This document shows, in pieces, positions 1 to 8,233 of a DNA stretch of 64,000 bases. The stretch covers positions 157,216 through 221,215 of the forward strand of contig CAZLKB010000001.1 of assembly GCA_964560005.1 (NCBI GenBank), in the 5' to 3' direction. The DNA is from an uncultured Gammaproteobacteria bacterium (GTDB taxonomy: Bacteria > Patescibacteriota > Patescibacteriia > Patescibacteriales > GWC2-42-12). Position 1 is the first letter of the stretch. Every line of letters begins with the position of its first letter. The translations under genes and the position numbers were made by a program. The notes under the pieces were generated by a model that was given only the letters and a program-made list of their open reading frames with translations, searched no databases and had not been told where the DNA came from.

Positions 1-15
1 CAGCTGATTTAATAT

Positions 16-489
16 TTAGTAAAAGAGCACCGGCTGTCCGGTGGCGGCGCCATAAATATTATTAATGACGAAGTTAGCTATGATATAGGCGAACAAAATT
101 ATCACTAGGCCGATCACGCCGGCAATCAGCATCTGCTTGGCATCGCTAACCTGCTCTTCTTTGCCTCCGGCGGTCATCCACTTAAAACCGGCGTATAAAA
201 CCAAAATCATGGCCAGAATGCCCAAGAAGCCTAAAATAATTTTAATGATATCAACGACTATTTCCCTAACATCTCTGGGCTGGTCGGTGCCGTAGGCTTG
301 GCCAACCTGATTTAGGCCGCCGTCTTGCGCCGTCTGCCACCAATTGCCTGATTGAGCCGCAGCCCGGTTAACCATTATTAAGCTACCGACTCCGCAAACG
401 GCAAATACTATGGTAAATAAAATCATTATTTTGGCACTCTGCTTTGTTATTTTGAAAATAAATGTTTTTGTTTGTTTAGCCATCAGCAT
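16..489 (-). CDS. VirB2/TrbC-like (T4SS-pilin-like) small membrane protein, paralogue 1 of 11
   Basis: 157 aa; signal/TM N-terminus, then two TM helices flanking YAGFKWMTAGGKEEQVSDAKQMLIAG, the motif shared with the 9803-14250 array. Confidence 0.6.
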   Translation of the reverse strand: MLMAKQTKTFIFKITKQSAKIMILFTIVFAVCGVGSLIMVNRAAAQSGNWWQTAQDGGLNQVGQAYGTDQPRDVREIVVDIIKIILGFLGILAMILVLYAGFKWMTAGGKEEQVSDAKQMLIAGVIGLVIILFAYIIANFVINNIYGAATGQPVLFY

Positions 490-503
490 ATTATTTTGCT
501 ATA

Positions 504-598
504 ATAATTATAATGCTAATACTACAAATGAATAACGAATACTACAAATTATTTTTGTAGTATTCGCATACTATTCGTAGTATTCGCATTATAATTAT
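504..598. repeat. AT-rich ~45-nt-arm palindrome built from TACTACAAA / ATTCGTAGTA words, in a divergent promoter region
   Basis: ataattataatgctaatactacaaatgaataacgaatactacaaa / tttgtagtattcgcatactattcgtagtattcgcattataattat; lies between the starts of 16-489(-) and 631-2046(+). Confidence 0.7.
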
Positions 599-630
599 AA
601 CCAATAATCTTAAATTAAGCAAAAACAAGC

Positions 631-2046
631 ATGAATTTATCCGCTCAAGTCGCCCGCAACACCCTCATACAAATCATCGGTAAAATTATTTCAACCATCC
701 TCGGCCTGGCGGCTGTGGCTATCATGGCCAGATATTTGCGCGAGGCCGGCTTCGGCCAATATACCACTATTATAACCTTTCTTTCGTTTTTTGGAATTTT
801 CGCTGATTTTGGCCTAACCTTAATAACCTCCCAAATGATCAGCCGCCCGGACGTCAACCAGGAAGTCTTATTGAATAACCTGTTCAGCCTGCGCTTAATC
901 TCGGCAATCATCTTCTTGGGCTTAGCGCCGCTGGTTGTTTTTCTTTTTCCCTATGAACCGATTATTAAAATCGGCGTGGCTATCACCAGCCTATCCTTTT
1001 TCTTTATCGCTTTAAACCAGATTTTAGTCGGTTTTTTTCAAAAAAATCTAACTATGGCGATAGTTTCGGCCGCCGAGGTAGCCAGCCGAGCCATTCTTTT
1101 GGGCGGCATTATTTTAACCGCTTGGCTGAATTTAGGCTTATTAAATATAATGGTGGCTACGGTTGTATCCAGCGCTGTAAGCTTTTTAATGCATTATTGG
1201 TTTTCCCGGCGCTTTGTTAAAATCAAGTGGCAAATTGATTTAGCCGTTTGGAAAAAAATTATTAAAAAATCATGGCCGCTCGGGCTTACCATCTTTTTAA
1301 ACTTAATCTACCTGCGAGCCGATATTTTAATTCTATCGCTCCTAAAGAGCCAAGAAGAGGTCGGCATTTACGGCGCTACCTATAAAGTTATTGATGTCTT
1401 AACAGCTCTGCCCTTTATGTTCGCCGGATTAATTCTGCCGCTCTTAAGCCTAAGCTGGGCTAACCGCGATACCGATAAATTCAATAAAATTCTGCAAAAA
1501 TCTCTTGACGCCATGTTTCTCTTGGCCGTACCTCTAATCATCGGCGCTCAAGTAGCCGCCAAACCGCTGATGATTTTGGTGGCCGGAAATAGCTTCCGAG
1601 CGGCCGGTGATGTTTTAAAAATATTAATTTTAGCCATTGGTTTTATTTTCGTCGGCTGTTTATTAGCCCACGCGGTGATAGCTTTAGATAAGCAAAAAAA
1701 TGTAATTGGCGCCTATATTTTCACCGCTCTAACCGCTTTGGCCGGCTATTTGATTTTTATTCCGCTTTATTCGTATCACGGGGCGGCCTGGGTAACGGTC
1801 TACAGCGAACTGGCAATCGCTTTATTTTCTCTTTACATAGTCGTTAAATACAGCCGCTTCAAACCTAATTTTAATATATTATTTAAAGCCATGGCGGCTT
1901 CAATAATAATGGCATTATCCGTTTACTTACTTCTGGAAAAGCTGAATTTAATATTAATAGTCTGCTTAGCCTGCCTAATTTATTTCGTTTGCCTCTTTCT
2001 GCTGAAAGGCATAACTAAACAAGATTTAAAAAACCTGTTAAATTAA
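631..2046 (+). CDS. MOP-superfamily polysaccharide/oligosaccharide flippase (Wzx/MurJ-like)
   Basis: 471 aa, about 12-14 TM segments; N-terminus NTLIQIIGKIISTILGLAAVAIMARYL is typical of polysaccharide biosynthesis flippases. Confidence 0.7.
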   Translation: MNLSAQVARNTLIQIIGKIISTILGLAAVAIMARYLREAGFGQYTTIITFLSFFGIFADFGLTLITSQMISRPDVNQEVLLNNLFSLRLISAIIFLGLAPLVVFLFPYEPIIKIGVAITSLSFFFIALNQILVGFFQKNLTMAIVSAAEVASRAILLGGIILTAWLNLGLLNIMVATVVSSAVSFLMHYWFSRRFVKIKWQIDLAVWKKIIKKSWPLGLTIFLNLIYLRADILILSLLKSQEEVGIYGATYKVIDVLTALPFMFAGLILPLLSLSWANRDTDKFNKILQKSLDAMFLLAVPLIIGAQVAAKPLMILVAGNSFRAAGDVLKILILAIGFIFVGCLLAHAVIALDKQKNVIGAYIFTALTALAGYLIFIPLYSYHGAAWVTVYSELAIALFSLYIVVKYSRFKPNFNILFKAMAASIIMALSVYLLLEKLNLILIVCLACLIYFVCLFLLKGITKQDLKNLLN

Positions 2047-2080
2047 TTTAATTTTATAATACCTGGTTACGGGCTAAAGC

Positions 2081-2285
2081 CTGGGCATAGTTTATTAAAT
2101 TTACGAACTCGCCCCGTTAAATAGGCTTCGCCCCCCCCGCAGGGATTTAACGGGGCGAGGACTGTTTGAGCCACCACTAGCTCATGATATTCACATCTGA
2201 ACAAAGCGTAAAGAGGAAAAAACAATCATAGAATAGCTGAACGGAAGCGAATTCCGCAGAAGTAAATTTAATAAACTATGCCCAG
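2081..2285. repeat. Long locus-specific foldback with nested GC-rich hairpin
   Basis: Outer arms ctgggcatagtttattaaatttac (2081-2104) / gtaaatttaataaactatgcccag (2262-2285); inner hairpin ctcgccccgttaaat (2108-2122) / atttaacggggcgag (2145-2159). Confidence 0.75.
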
Positions 2286-2337
2286 ACTAAAATAATCAAC
2301 CCGAATAATCCATAAAAATTATTTCTATAAATTAATT

Positions 2338-3474
2338 ATGCCGGTAAAAATCCTGGTTATAAATTCTTTAGCCGAAAAAAACTGCTTGCTGGTGCAGGCT
2401 TTTAAAGAATTGGAGCAAAAAAAATGCTCTTTTAGTCTTTGGTCGTCCAAAGTTAACTTAACTCGCCAATTTCAACAAAATCACTGGCCGGCTAAAAAAA
2501 TCTTCCTAGGGCCAAGCTTAAAAAATAATCCTAATATTTTACTTTTTGTTATAATTTTATTATTTACCCGGCTCAAATTTTTTATCTCTTTGGCTAGCCT
2601 GAAAATGAAGCGCCAAGTTGATTGGATTATCTGTCTTAGTCTGAATGAAAAGCTGATTGCCACTATTCCGGCCAGACTCTTGGGCATAAAAATCCTTTGG
2701 CTGGAAGCGCCCGACTTGAATTATCGCCGGCTAAATAAATTTTTACTTTACCTATATAAAAAAAACCACAGACTAGCCAACCTAATCGCCTTTAACAGTT
2801 ACGCCAAACTGCAGCTAACCAACCTGGGTTTTAGCGAAAATAAAATCAATATTATTCCTCCGGGCATAAAACTTTACCAATACCAGGAAAATATTTTTAG
2901 TAAGCTGGCGGTTTTAGGCCAAGCGAATTTCCACCGTAAATATTTTACCGTCGGCGTTATTGCGGAATTAAGCCAAAAGCAGAAAGTTGAAACTATTTTT
3001 CAAGCCATAAAAATTTGTCTGCCGGTGATACCTAATCTTCAGTTGATTATTATCGGCGAAGGCAAAGAAAGAAAAAACCTGGTCTGGCTAACTAAAAAAA
3101 TGGGAATTGAGAATCTTGTCTGGCTGGTCGGAGAGCAGGAACAACTGAAAAGATGGCTCGGAGGCTTTGATATTTTTTTGGCTGCCAATGACGCCCCAAA
3201 GCTTGACGATTACGGCAATATTTTAGAAGCTATGGCCGCCGGACTGCCGGTGCTGGCGCCGCGCAATATCGGCCTGGAAGATTTAGTAGTTGAAAATAAA
3301 ACCGGCAGCTTAATTGAATCGGACAATAACGAAATGCTGGCGCGCCAAATTATCAAACTGCACCAAGATAAAAAACTGCGCTTATCTTTGGGAAAAAACG
3401 GCAATGAGCGGATTAACCGGCTTTTTACTTTAAACCAAATGATTGCTATGATGGAGCAAAAGTTAATAAAATAA
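2338..3474 (+). CDS. Glycosyltransferase, GT1/GT4 family
   Basis: 378 aa; C-terminal EAMAAGLPVLAPRNIGLEDLVVENKTGSL matches the GT-B E-x7-E nucleotide-sugar binding region. Confidence 0.75.
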   Translation: MPVKILVINSLAEKNCLLVQAFKELEQKKCSFSLWSSKVNLTRQFQQNHWPAKKIFLGPSLKNNPNILLFVIILLFTRLKFFISLASLKMKRQVDWIICLSLNEKLIATIPARLLGIKILWLEAPDLNYRRLNKFLLYLYKKNHRLANLIAFNSYAKLQLTNLGFSENKINIIPPGIKLYQYQENIFSKLAVLGQANFHRKYFTVGVIAELSQKQKVETIFQAIKICLPVIPNLQLIIIGEGKERKNLVWLTKKMGIENLVWLVGEQEQLKRWLGGFDIFLAANDAPKLDDYGNILEAMAAGLPVLAPRNIGLEDLVVENKTGSLIESDNNEMLARQIIKLHQDKKLRLSLGKNGNERINRLFTLNQMIAMMEQKLIK

Positions 3475-3525
3475 TCAATCTTTAAATTGAAGAATAAGCT
3501 TATATCCAAAATAACTCAATAAAAT

Positions 3526-4488
3526 ATGATCATAAAAATAACCAAAAAAAACGCCGAAATCAGATTGGATAAATTTTTAGCCGGCGCTGATTCGGCCTGG
3601 CTGAAAAGCCCGCCTTCCCGCGGCCAAATTCAAAAACTGATTGAACAGAGCCTGGTTAAAGTTAACGGCTCGCCCGCCGTTTCTCACTACAGCTTAAAAC
3701 CGGGCGACATAATTGAAATTCAAAAAAAACTTATAAAAAACAACCAACCGGTAGAAAAAAAAGGTGCTGTAGACGCGTGTTGGCAAAATATTGAAATTAT
3801 TGACGAAACTGATGAATTCTTAATCATCAATAAGCCGGCCGGACTGGCCGTGCATGGAGCCTCCGGCTATACCCTGGCCGATTGGCTTAAAGACAAATAT
3901 CCAAAAATAATAACCGTGGGCGATGATCCGGCGAGGCCGGGCATAGTCCATCGACTGGATAAAAATGTCAGCGGTCTTATGGTTATAGCTAAGACCCAAG
4001 CCGCTTTCAATTACCTGAAAAAACAATTTCAAAACCGGACCGTGATTAAGGAGTACACCGCCTTGGTCCACGGCAAAATCCAAAAAGCCGAAGCTGCGAT
4101 TAACTTCCCGATTAAGCGGGCTAAAAACGGCTATAAGATGGCCGCCGTGCCGTTTACGGTAAGAGGCGAACCTGCGGATAGCGGCCGCGCGGCGCTAACC
4201 GAGTTTAAAATTGTTGCCAGGTTGGTTAACTACACTCTATTAAAAATAAAAATCAAAACCGGGCGCACTCATCAAATCAGGGTCCATCTGGCGGCTTATG
4301 ATCACCCGGTGGTTGGCGATGATATTTATGGCACCGCCAGAGCCAGGATTCAAAACAAGAAACTTGGCTTAAACAGAATTTTCCTGATTGCCGACCACTT
4401 ATGTTTTAATGATTCAGACAATCAGCCAAAAGATTATAAAATCGGCCTGACCGAGGAATTAAAAGAAATTTTAAAACAAGTAAAATAA
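3526..4488 (+). CDS. RluA-family 23S rRNA pseudouridine synthase (RluD-like)
   Basis: N-terminal S4-like RLDKFL segment and catalytic HRLDKNVSGLMV motif. Confidence 0.85.
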   Translation: MIIKITKKNAEIRLDKFLAGADSAWLKSPPSRGQIQKLIEQSLVKVNGSPAVSHYSLKPGDIIEIQKKLIKNNQPVEKKGAVDACWQNIEIIDETDEFLIINKPAGLAVHGASGYTLADWLKDKYPKIITVGDDPARPGIVHRLDKNVSGLMVIAKTQAAFNYLKKQFQNRTVIKEYTALVHGKIQKAEAAINFPIKRAKNGYKMAAVPFTVRGEPADSGRAALTEFKIVARLVNYTLLKIKIKTGRTHQIRVHLAAYDHPVVGDDIYGTARARIQNKKLGLNRIFLIADHLCFNDSDNQPKDYKIGLTEELKEILKQVK

Positions 4489-4490
4489 TT

Positions 4491-5069
4491 ATGATAATTA
4501 CTATCAACGGCACCCCGGGATCGGGTAAAACTACTGTGTCTAAAAAATTAGCTAAAAAATTAAACTGGCCGAGATTTTATGGCGGCGGCATAAGAAGATT
4601 AAAGGCTGAAACCATGGGATTGACTTTGGCCGAATTTAATAAGCTTGGAGAAATTGACGCCAACACAGATTATGAGGTTGATAATTATTTAAAACAGATG
4701 GCCCGAAAACATAAAAACTGTATCATTGAAAGCCGTACGGCCTGGCATCTTTTGCCGCAGTCTATTAAAATTTATCTTGATGTTAAAGACGAGGTTGGCG
4801 CCAAAAGAGTTTTTAAAGAGCTGAAAAGCGGGCATAACCGAAAAAACGAAGATAGGGAGTTAACCAGTATTAAAAATATCTTGAAAAGCCATAAGAAGAG
4901 AAAATTAAGCGATTTAATTCGTTATAAAAAATATTATAATTTTAATCTTTATGATAAAAAAAATTACGATTTTATCCTAGACACCTCCGGTTTGAATAAG
5001 AAGCAAGTTTTTGACCAAGTCTATAAATATATTAAAAATAAATTCCGAAAGATTGACAAAAACCAATAA
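4491..5069 (+). CDS. P-loop nucleotide kinase, cytidylate-kinase-like
   Basis: Walker A INGTPGSGKTTVSKKLA at the N-terminus; 192 aa; substrate not determinable from sequence. Confidence 0.5.
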   Translation: MIITINGTPGSGKTTVSKKLAKKLNWPRFYGGGIRRLKAETMGLTLAEFNKLGEIDANTDYEVDNYLKQMARKHKNCIIESRTAWHLLPQSIKIYLDVKDEVGAKRVFKELKSGHNRKNEDRELTSIKNILKSHKKRKLSDLIRYKKYYNFNLYDKKNYDFILDTSGLNKKQVFDQVYKYIKNKFRKIDKNQ

Positions 5070-5151
5070 TTATTATAACATTGTTAAAGTATTAAACATT
5101 AAATCTACTTAAATAGAACGAGCTAATGTTCTATTTTTAAATTCCAAAAAT

Positions 5152-5496
5152 ATGGCAGAAAAAACATCAGGCGCAAAAGCAAACAGCCAGGAATTAAAAC
5201 CCGGCATGACTGTAAGGGTTTATCAAAAAATTAAAGAACTCAACGCCAAGGGCGAAGAAAAAGAAAGAATTCAGTATTATGAGGGCATGATTATAGCAAA
5301 AAAGCACGGCCAAGAAGCCGGTGCCACCATAACGGTCAGAAAAATATCCGACGGCGTCGGCGTGGAAAAAATCTTCCCTTTAAACTTGCCCACCATAACG
5401 AAAATTGAAATCAAAAAACAAGCTGAAGTTAGGCGGGCTAAGCTTTATTATCTCAGGAATTATAATAAAAAGCTAAAAGAAACGATAATTGCGTAA
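5152..5496 (+). CDS. rplS: 50S ribosomal protein L19
   Basis: LKPGMTVRVYQKI...ERIQYYEGMIIAKKH...ITVRKIS.GVGVEKIFPL pattern typical of L19. Confidence 0.9.
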   Translation: MAEKTSGAKANSQELKPGMTVRVYQKIKELNAKGEEKERIQYYEGMIIAKKHGQEAGATITVRKISDGVGVEKIFPLNLPTITKIEIKKQAEVRRAKLYYLRNYNKKLKETIIA

Positions 5497-5540
5497 GAGT
5501 TGCGCCGGATTCCAAGTCTGGCGATAATGCTAATACTTCG

Positions 5541-5624
5541 GCCGAGGTGGCGAAACTGGTAGACGCATCAGCTTGAGGTGCTGACGGGGGCAACCCCTTG
5601 CAGGTTCGAGTCCTGTCCTCGGCA
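5541..5624 (+). tRNA. tRNA-Leu (anticodon GAG), class II with long variable arm
   Basis: Acceptor gccgagg/cctcggc, anticodon stem tcagc/gctga with loop ttGAGgt, T-loop ttcgagt; hand-folded. Confidence 0.85.
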
Positions 5625-5652
5625 CTTTAAAGGATAACTCTATAGCCCAAAC

Positions 5653-5716
5653 TTGGAGTCCTATCGCAAAAGCAATAGAACAACCCCTAGCCCCGCCGAG
5701 GCGGGGTCCTCGGCAC
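5653..5716 (+). pseudogene. Duplicated tRNA-Leu 3' fragment interrupted by a GC-rich insert
   Basis: ttggagtcct (9/10 match to the T-loop ttcgagtcct) + ~43-nt insert containing cccctagcccc and the hairpin ccccgccgaggcgggg + gtcctcggcac (11/11 match to the tRNA 3' end). Confidence 0.45.
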
Positions 5717-5727
5717 CATCCCCGAAG

Positions 5728-5799
5728 GGACAGTTAGCTCAATGGTAGAGCACTGCGTTTACATCGCAGGTGTTGCAGGTCCGAGTCCTGCACTGTCCA
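5728..5799 (+). tRNA. tRNA-Val (anticodon TAC)
   Basis: Acceptor ggacagt/actgtcc, anticodon stem ctgcg/cgcag with loop ttTACat; abuts the tsaE start codon at 5801. Confidence 0.85.
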
Positions 5800-5800
5800 C

Positions 5801-6226
5801 ATGATTTTTCTCTCTATTTCAGCAAAGCAAACCTTTAACTTCGCCGAAAAAATTTCTAAAAAATTAACCGGGGGCGAAGTTTTTGGGCTAATCGGTAATT
5901 TGGGCGCCGGTAAAACCATTTTTACCAAAGGCTTGGCCAAAGGCCTGGGCATTAAAAAAACCATTACCAGCCCAACCTTTATACTGATGCGCCCTTACCC
6001 GGTGAAGCACCCAAAAATCAAGCAGCTGGTACATATTGACGCTTATAGAATCGCCTCGCCTCGTGATCTTCTCGCTATCGGCTTTGAAGAATTGATCGGC
6101 CGGCCGGATACTGTTACGGTGATTGAATGGGCGGATAAAATAAAAAAAATCTTGCCGAAAAAAACAAGATTTATCACCATTACTCATAAACAGGATAACA
6201 CCAGATCTATAAAATTTCAAAAGTAA
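5801..6226 (+). CDS. tsaE: tRNA t6A37 biosynthesis ATPase TsaE
   Basis: GNLGAGKTIFTKGLAKGLGI....TSPTF...Y motif set typical of TsaE/YjeE. Confidence 0.85.
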   Translation: MIFLSISAKQTFNFAEKISKKLTGGEVFGLIGNLGAGKTIFTKGLAKGLGIKKTITSPTFILMRPYPVKHPKIKQLVHIDAYRIASPRDLLAIGFEELIGRPDTVTVIEWADKIKKILPKKTRFITITHKQDNTRSIKFQK

Positions 6227-6283
6227 AAATAAATTTAGCCAAGACTTAATTGACTTGCTAGAACAATCTATTATGATCAAATA

Positions 6284-6745
6284 TCAGGCTGATCCGGCCT
6301 GTTTTTTATAGGAAAGCATAATAAACAGCATAACGCCAAGCACTATCAGTACATCAGCGATATTAAATATGGTAAAATAAGCTAAATCAAAATAATCAAC
6401 CACCCAGCCATACCGCACCCGGTCAAAAAGATTACTGCTGGCGCCAAAAATTACCAGTGATAAAGACGCCCATTCAGCATATTCTCTCTTTTGATAATAG
6501 TATATAGCGAATATTATTAAGACTATAATAATTAACCAAATTATAACCGCCAGCCAAGTACCGGCTAGCGGCAGGGAAAAAGCGATATAATCGTTTGCCT
6601 GATAATTAAATTTAAACGCCTCTCCGATTAAATTAAACTCAAGATCTTTATCAGCTGCCGCGATAATCTTTAAAAAGCGGTCCAAACCAACAAAAAAAAT
6701 GATGGCAAGATAAATCGCTATCATTTTTTTTATAGTTAAGAGCAT
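6284..6745 (-). CDS. lspA: Lipoprotein signal peptidase II
   Basis: 4 TM; NLFDRVRYGWVVDYF and FNIADVLIVLG motifs. Confidence 0.85.
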   Translation of the reverse strand: MLLTIKKMIAIYLAIIFFVGLDRFLKIIAAADKDLEFNLIGEAFKFNYQANDYIAFSLPLAGTWLAVIIWLIIIVLIIFAIYYYQKREYAEWASLSLVIFGASSNLFDRVRYGWVVDYFDLAYFTIFNIADVLIVLGVMLFIMLSYKKQAGSA

Positions 6746-6752
6746 AAGTCGT

Positions 6753-7124
6753 CTAAGCCATTTTTTGCATCTTGATTTTACAACTAATACAGGTGTTGGC
6801 TACCGGCCTGGCCAGCAAACGCTTTTCTCCGATCTCTTTTTTACAATACTTGCAGATACCATAAGTGCCTTTTTTAATTCTATCCAAGGCATTACTAATA
6901 TCCCTAAGCGTGCTTTCTAAGACTTTTTCCGTAGCCAGGTTGGTGGTGTATTCATCAATTTCCTGCACATTCTCATCGCTTTTGTCGCCGTAGTTGGGAA
7001 ACTTGGTATGATGCTCATCTTTTTCATGCGCGTCTTTTTTGGTGAAACTTTTTAAGTCCTCCTCTACCTGCTTTTTCCTGGCTAGCAGATCTTTCTTGAT
7101 TTTTTCTATTATTTTCTTATCCAT
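6753..7124 (-). CDS. DksA/TraR-family C4 zinc-finger protein
   Basis: C-terminal CKYCKKEIGEKRLLARPVANTCISCK four-Cys finger preceded by a coiled-coil region. Confidence 0.75.
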   Translation of the reverse strand: MDKKIIEKIKKDLLARKKQVEEDLKSFTKKDAHEKDEHHTKFPNYGDKSDENVQEIDEYTTNLATEKVLESTLRDISNALDRIKKGTYGICKYCKKEIGEKRLLARPVANTCISCKIKMQKMA

Positions 7125-7705
7125 ATTTTTATCCCCTAAATAAAATAAATTTCTGAACGGCAGAAATGTATTACTTCTATAATATACAGCAAATTAAACG
7201 ATTTGGCAAGCCGTTTTTTGATATTTAAAAGCGGCCCAGAACGGGCCCCTTTTTATATAAAATTATTATATAGGCCGTAACTGAGCCGCATCCCCAAAGA
7301 TTTATTTCTTCTCCATCCGGTGGATAGATAAGAAAATCCCTAGTCTTCGAGGTTGGAGCTTTAATTGTTCACTTAAAAAAAGCGATTTTCTACTGGCTAT
7401 TGGTAAACCCCCAAAATTTATCTATGAAGATCTACCGTTATTTTATTTTTGTTTTGTTTAATTGCCATGTGAACTCTGGCAGTTAAGCTAGTAGAAAATT
7501 GAAAATATTCCCCAAATATCATATCATTTTGGAAATATTTTCATATGTTATGTTGTTAACGACCTAATATAAATATACCACTAAATTTTAATTAAGTCAA
7601 TAACTTAGTTATCCCAACCTAAATCACTAATATTAAACAATTAATTAATAACTGGGTTATATAATAAAACTTAAGTCCACATTAATCTAGACTTAAGTCT
7701 GTTAT

Positions 7706-7734
7706 TTATCCACATAACTCACTGGTTATCCACA
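7706..7734 (+). promoter_or_regulatory. Two perfect consensus DnaA boxes (TTATCCACA) in direct orientation, 20 bp apart
   Basis: ttatccaca at 7706-7714 and 7726-7734, inside a 720-nt AT-rich non-coding stretch (7140-7860). Confidence 0.5.
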
Positions 7735-7853
7735 GTTTTTTTAAACTAAAGTCCACGACAGCGTAGACTTTAGTCTATTTTACATTATTGTACTAATCAA
7801 TTAGCACTAAAAGTAAAGTCTACATTATCCTGGACATAAGTAATTAATCGCTT

Positions 7854-7932
7854 TGAGGCCAGAATTGGAATTGCCAGCCTGCCTGCCGGTAGGCAGGCCC
7901 AAGGCTGGTCCGCCTCTGGCGGAAACCCATGT
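7854..7932 (-). pseudogene. Duplicated tRNA-Cys 3' half (T-arm + acceptor) split in the T-loop by a 50-nt GC-rich insert
   Basis: On the minus strand: acatgggtt[50 nt]caattccaattctggcctca versus the tRNA acatgggttcaattcccatcctggcctca (27/29). The insert is tccgccagaggcgga + ccagccttgggcctgcctaccggcaggcaggctgg. Confidence 0.6.
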
Positions 7933-7940
7933 CTTAATTG

Positions 7941-8012
7941 AGGCCAGGATGGGAATTGAACCCATGTATAAGAGTTTTGCAGACTCTCGCCTTACCGCTT
8001 GGCTACCTGGCC
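7941..8012 (-). tRNA. tRNA-Cys (anticodon GCA)
   Basis: Reverse complement is ggccaggtagccaagcggtaaggcgagagtctGCAaaactcttatacatgggttcaattcccatcctggcct; U73 discriminator. Confidence 0.85.
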
Positions 8013-8233
8013 TAATTTAACCGATAAATTATTACAATCTTAATTCAATATACCAAAGATTAACGCTAATAACAAGCTTTATCCTGTCAAATCCGCCTGC
8101 CTACCAGCAGGCGGAAATTTGCACAGCAAATTTATTTGACGGGGTGAACCACGCCAACCCCCTTTTAACAGGGTAAATAAAACACCCATTACAGGTGTGT
8201 TGGTTCAACGCTCTATGATAATCAACCAAGGGT

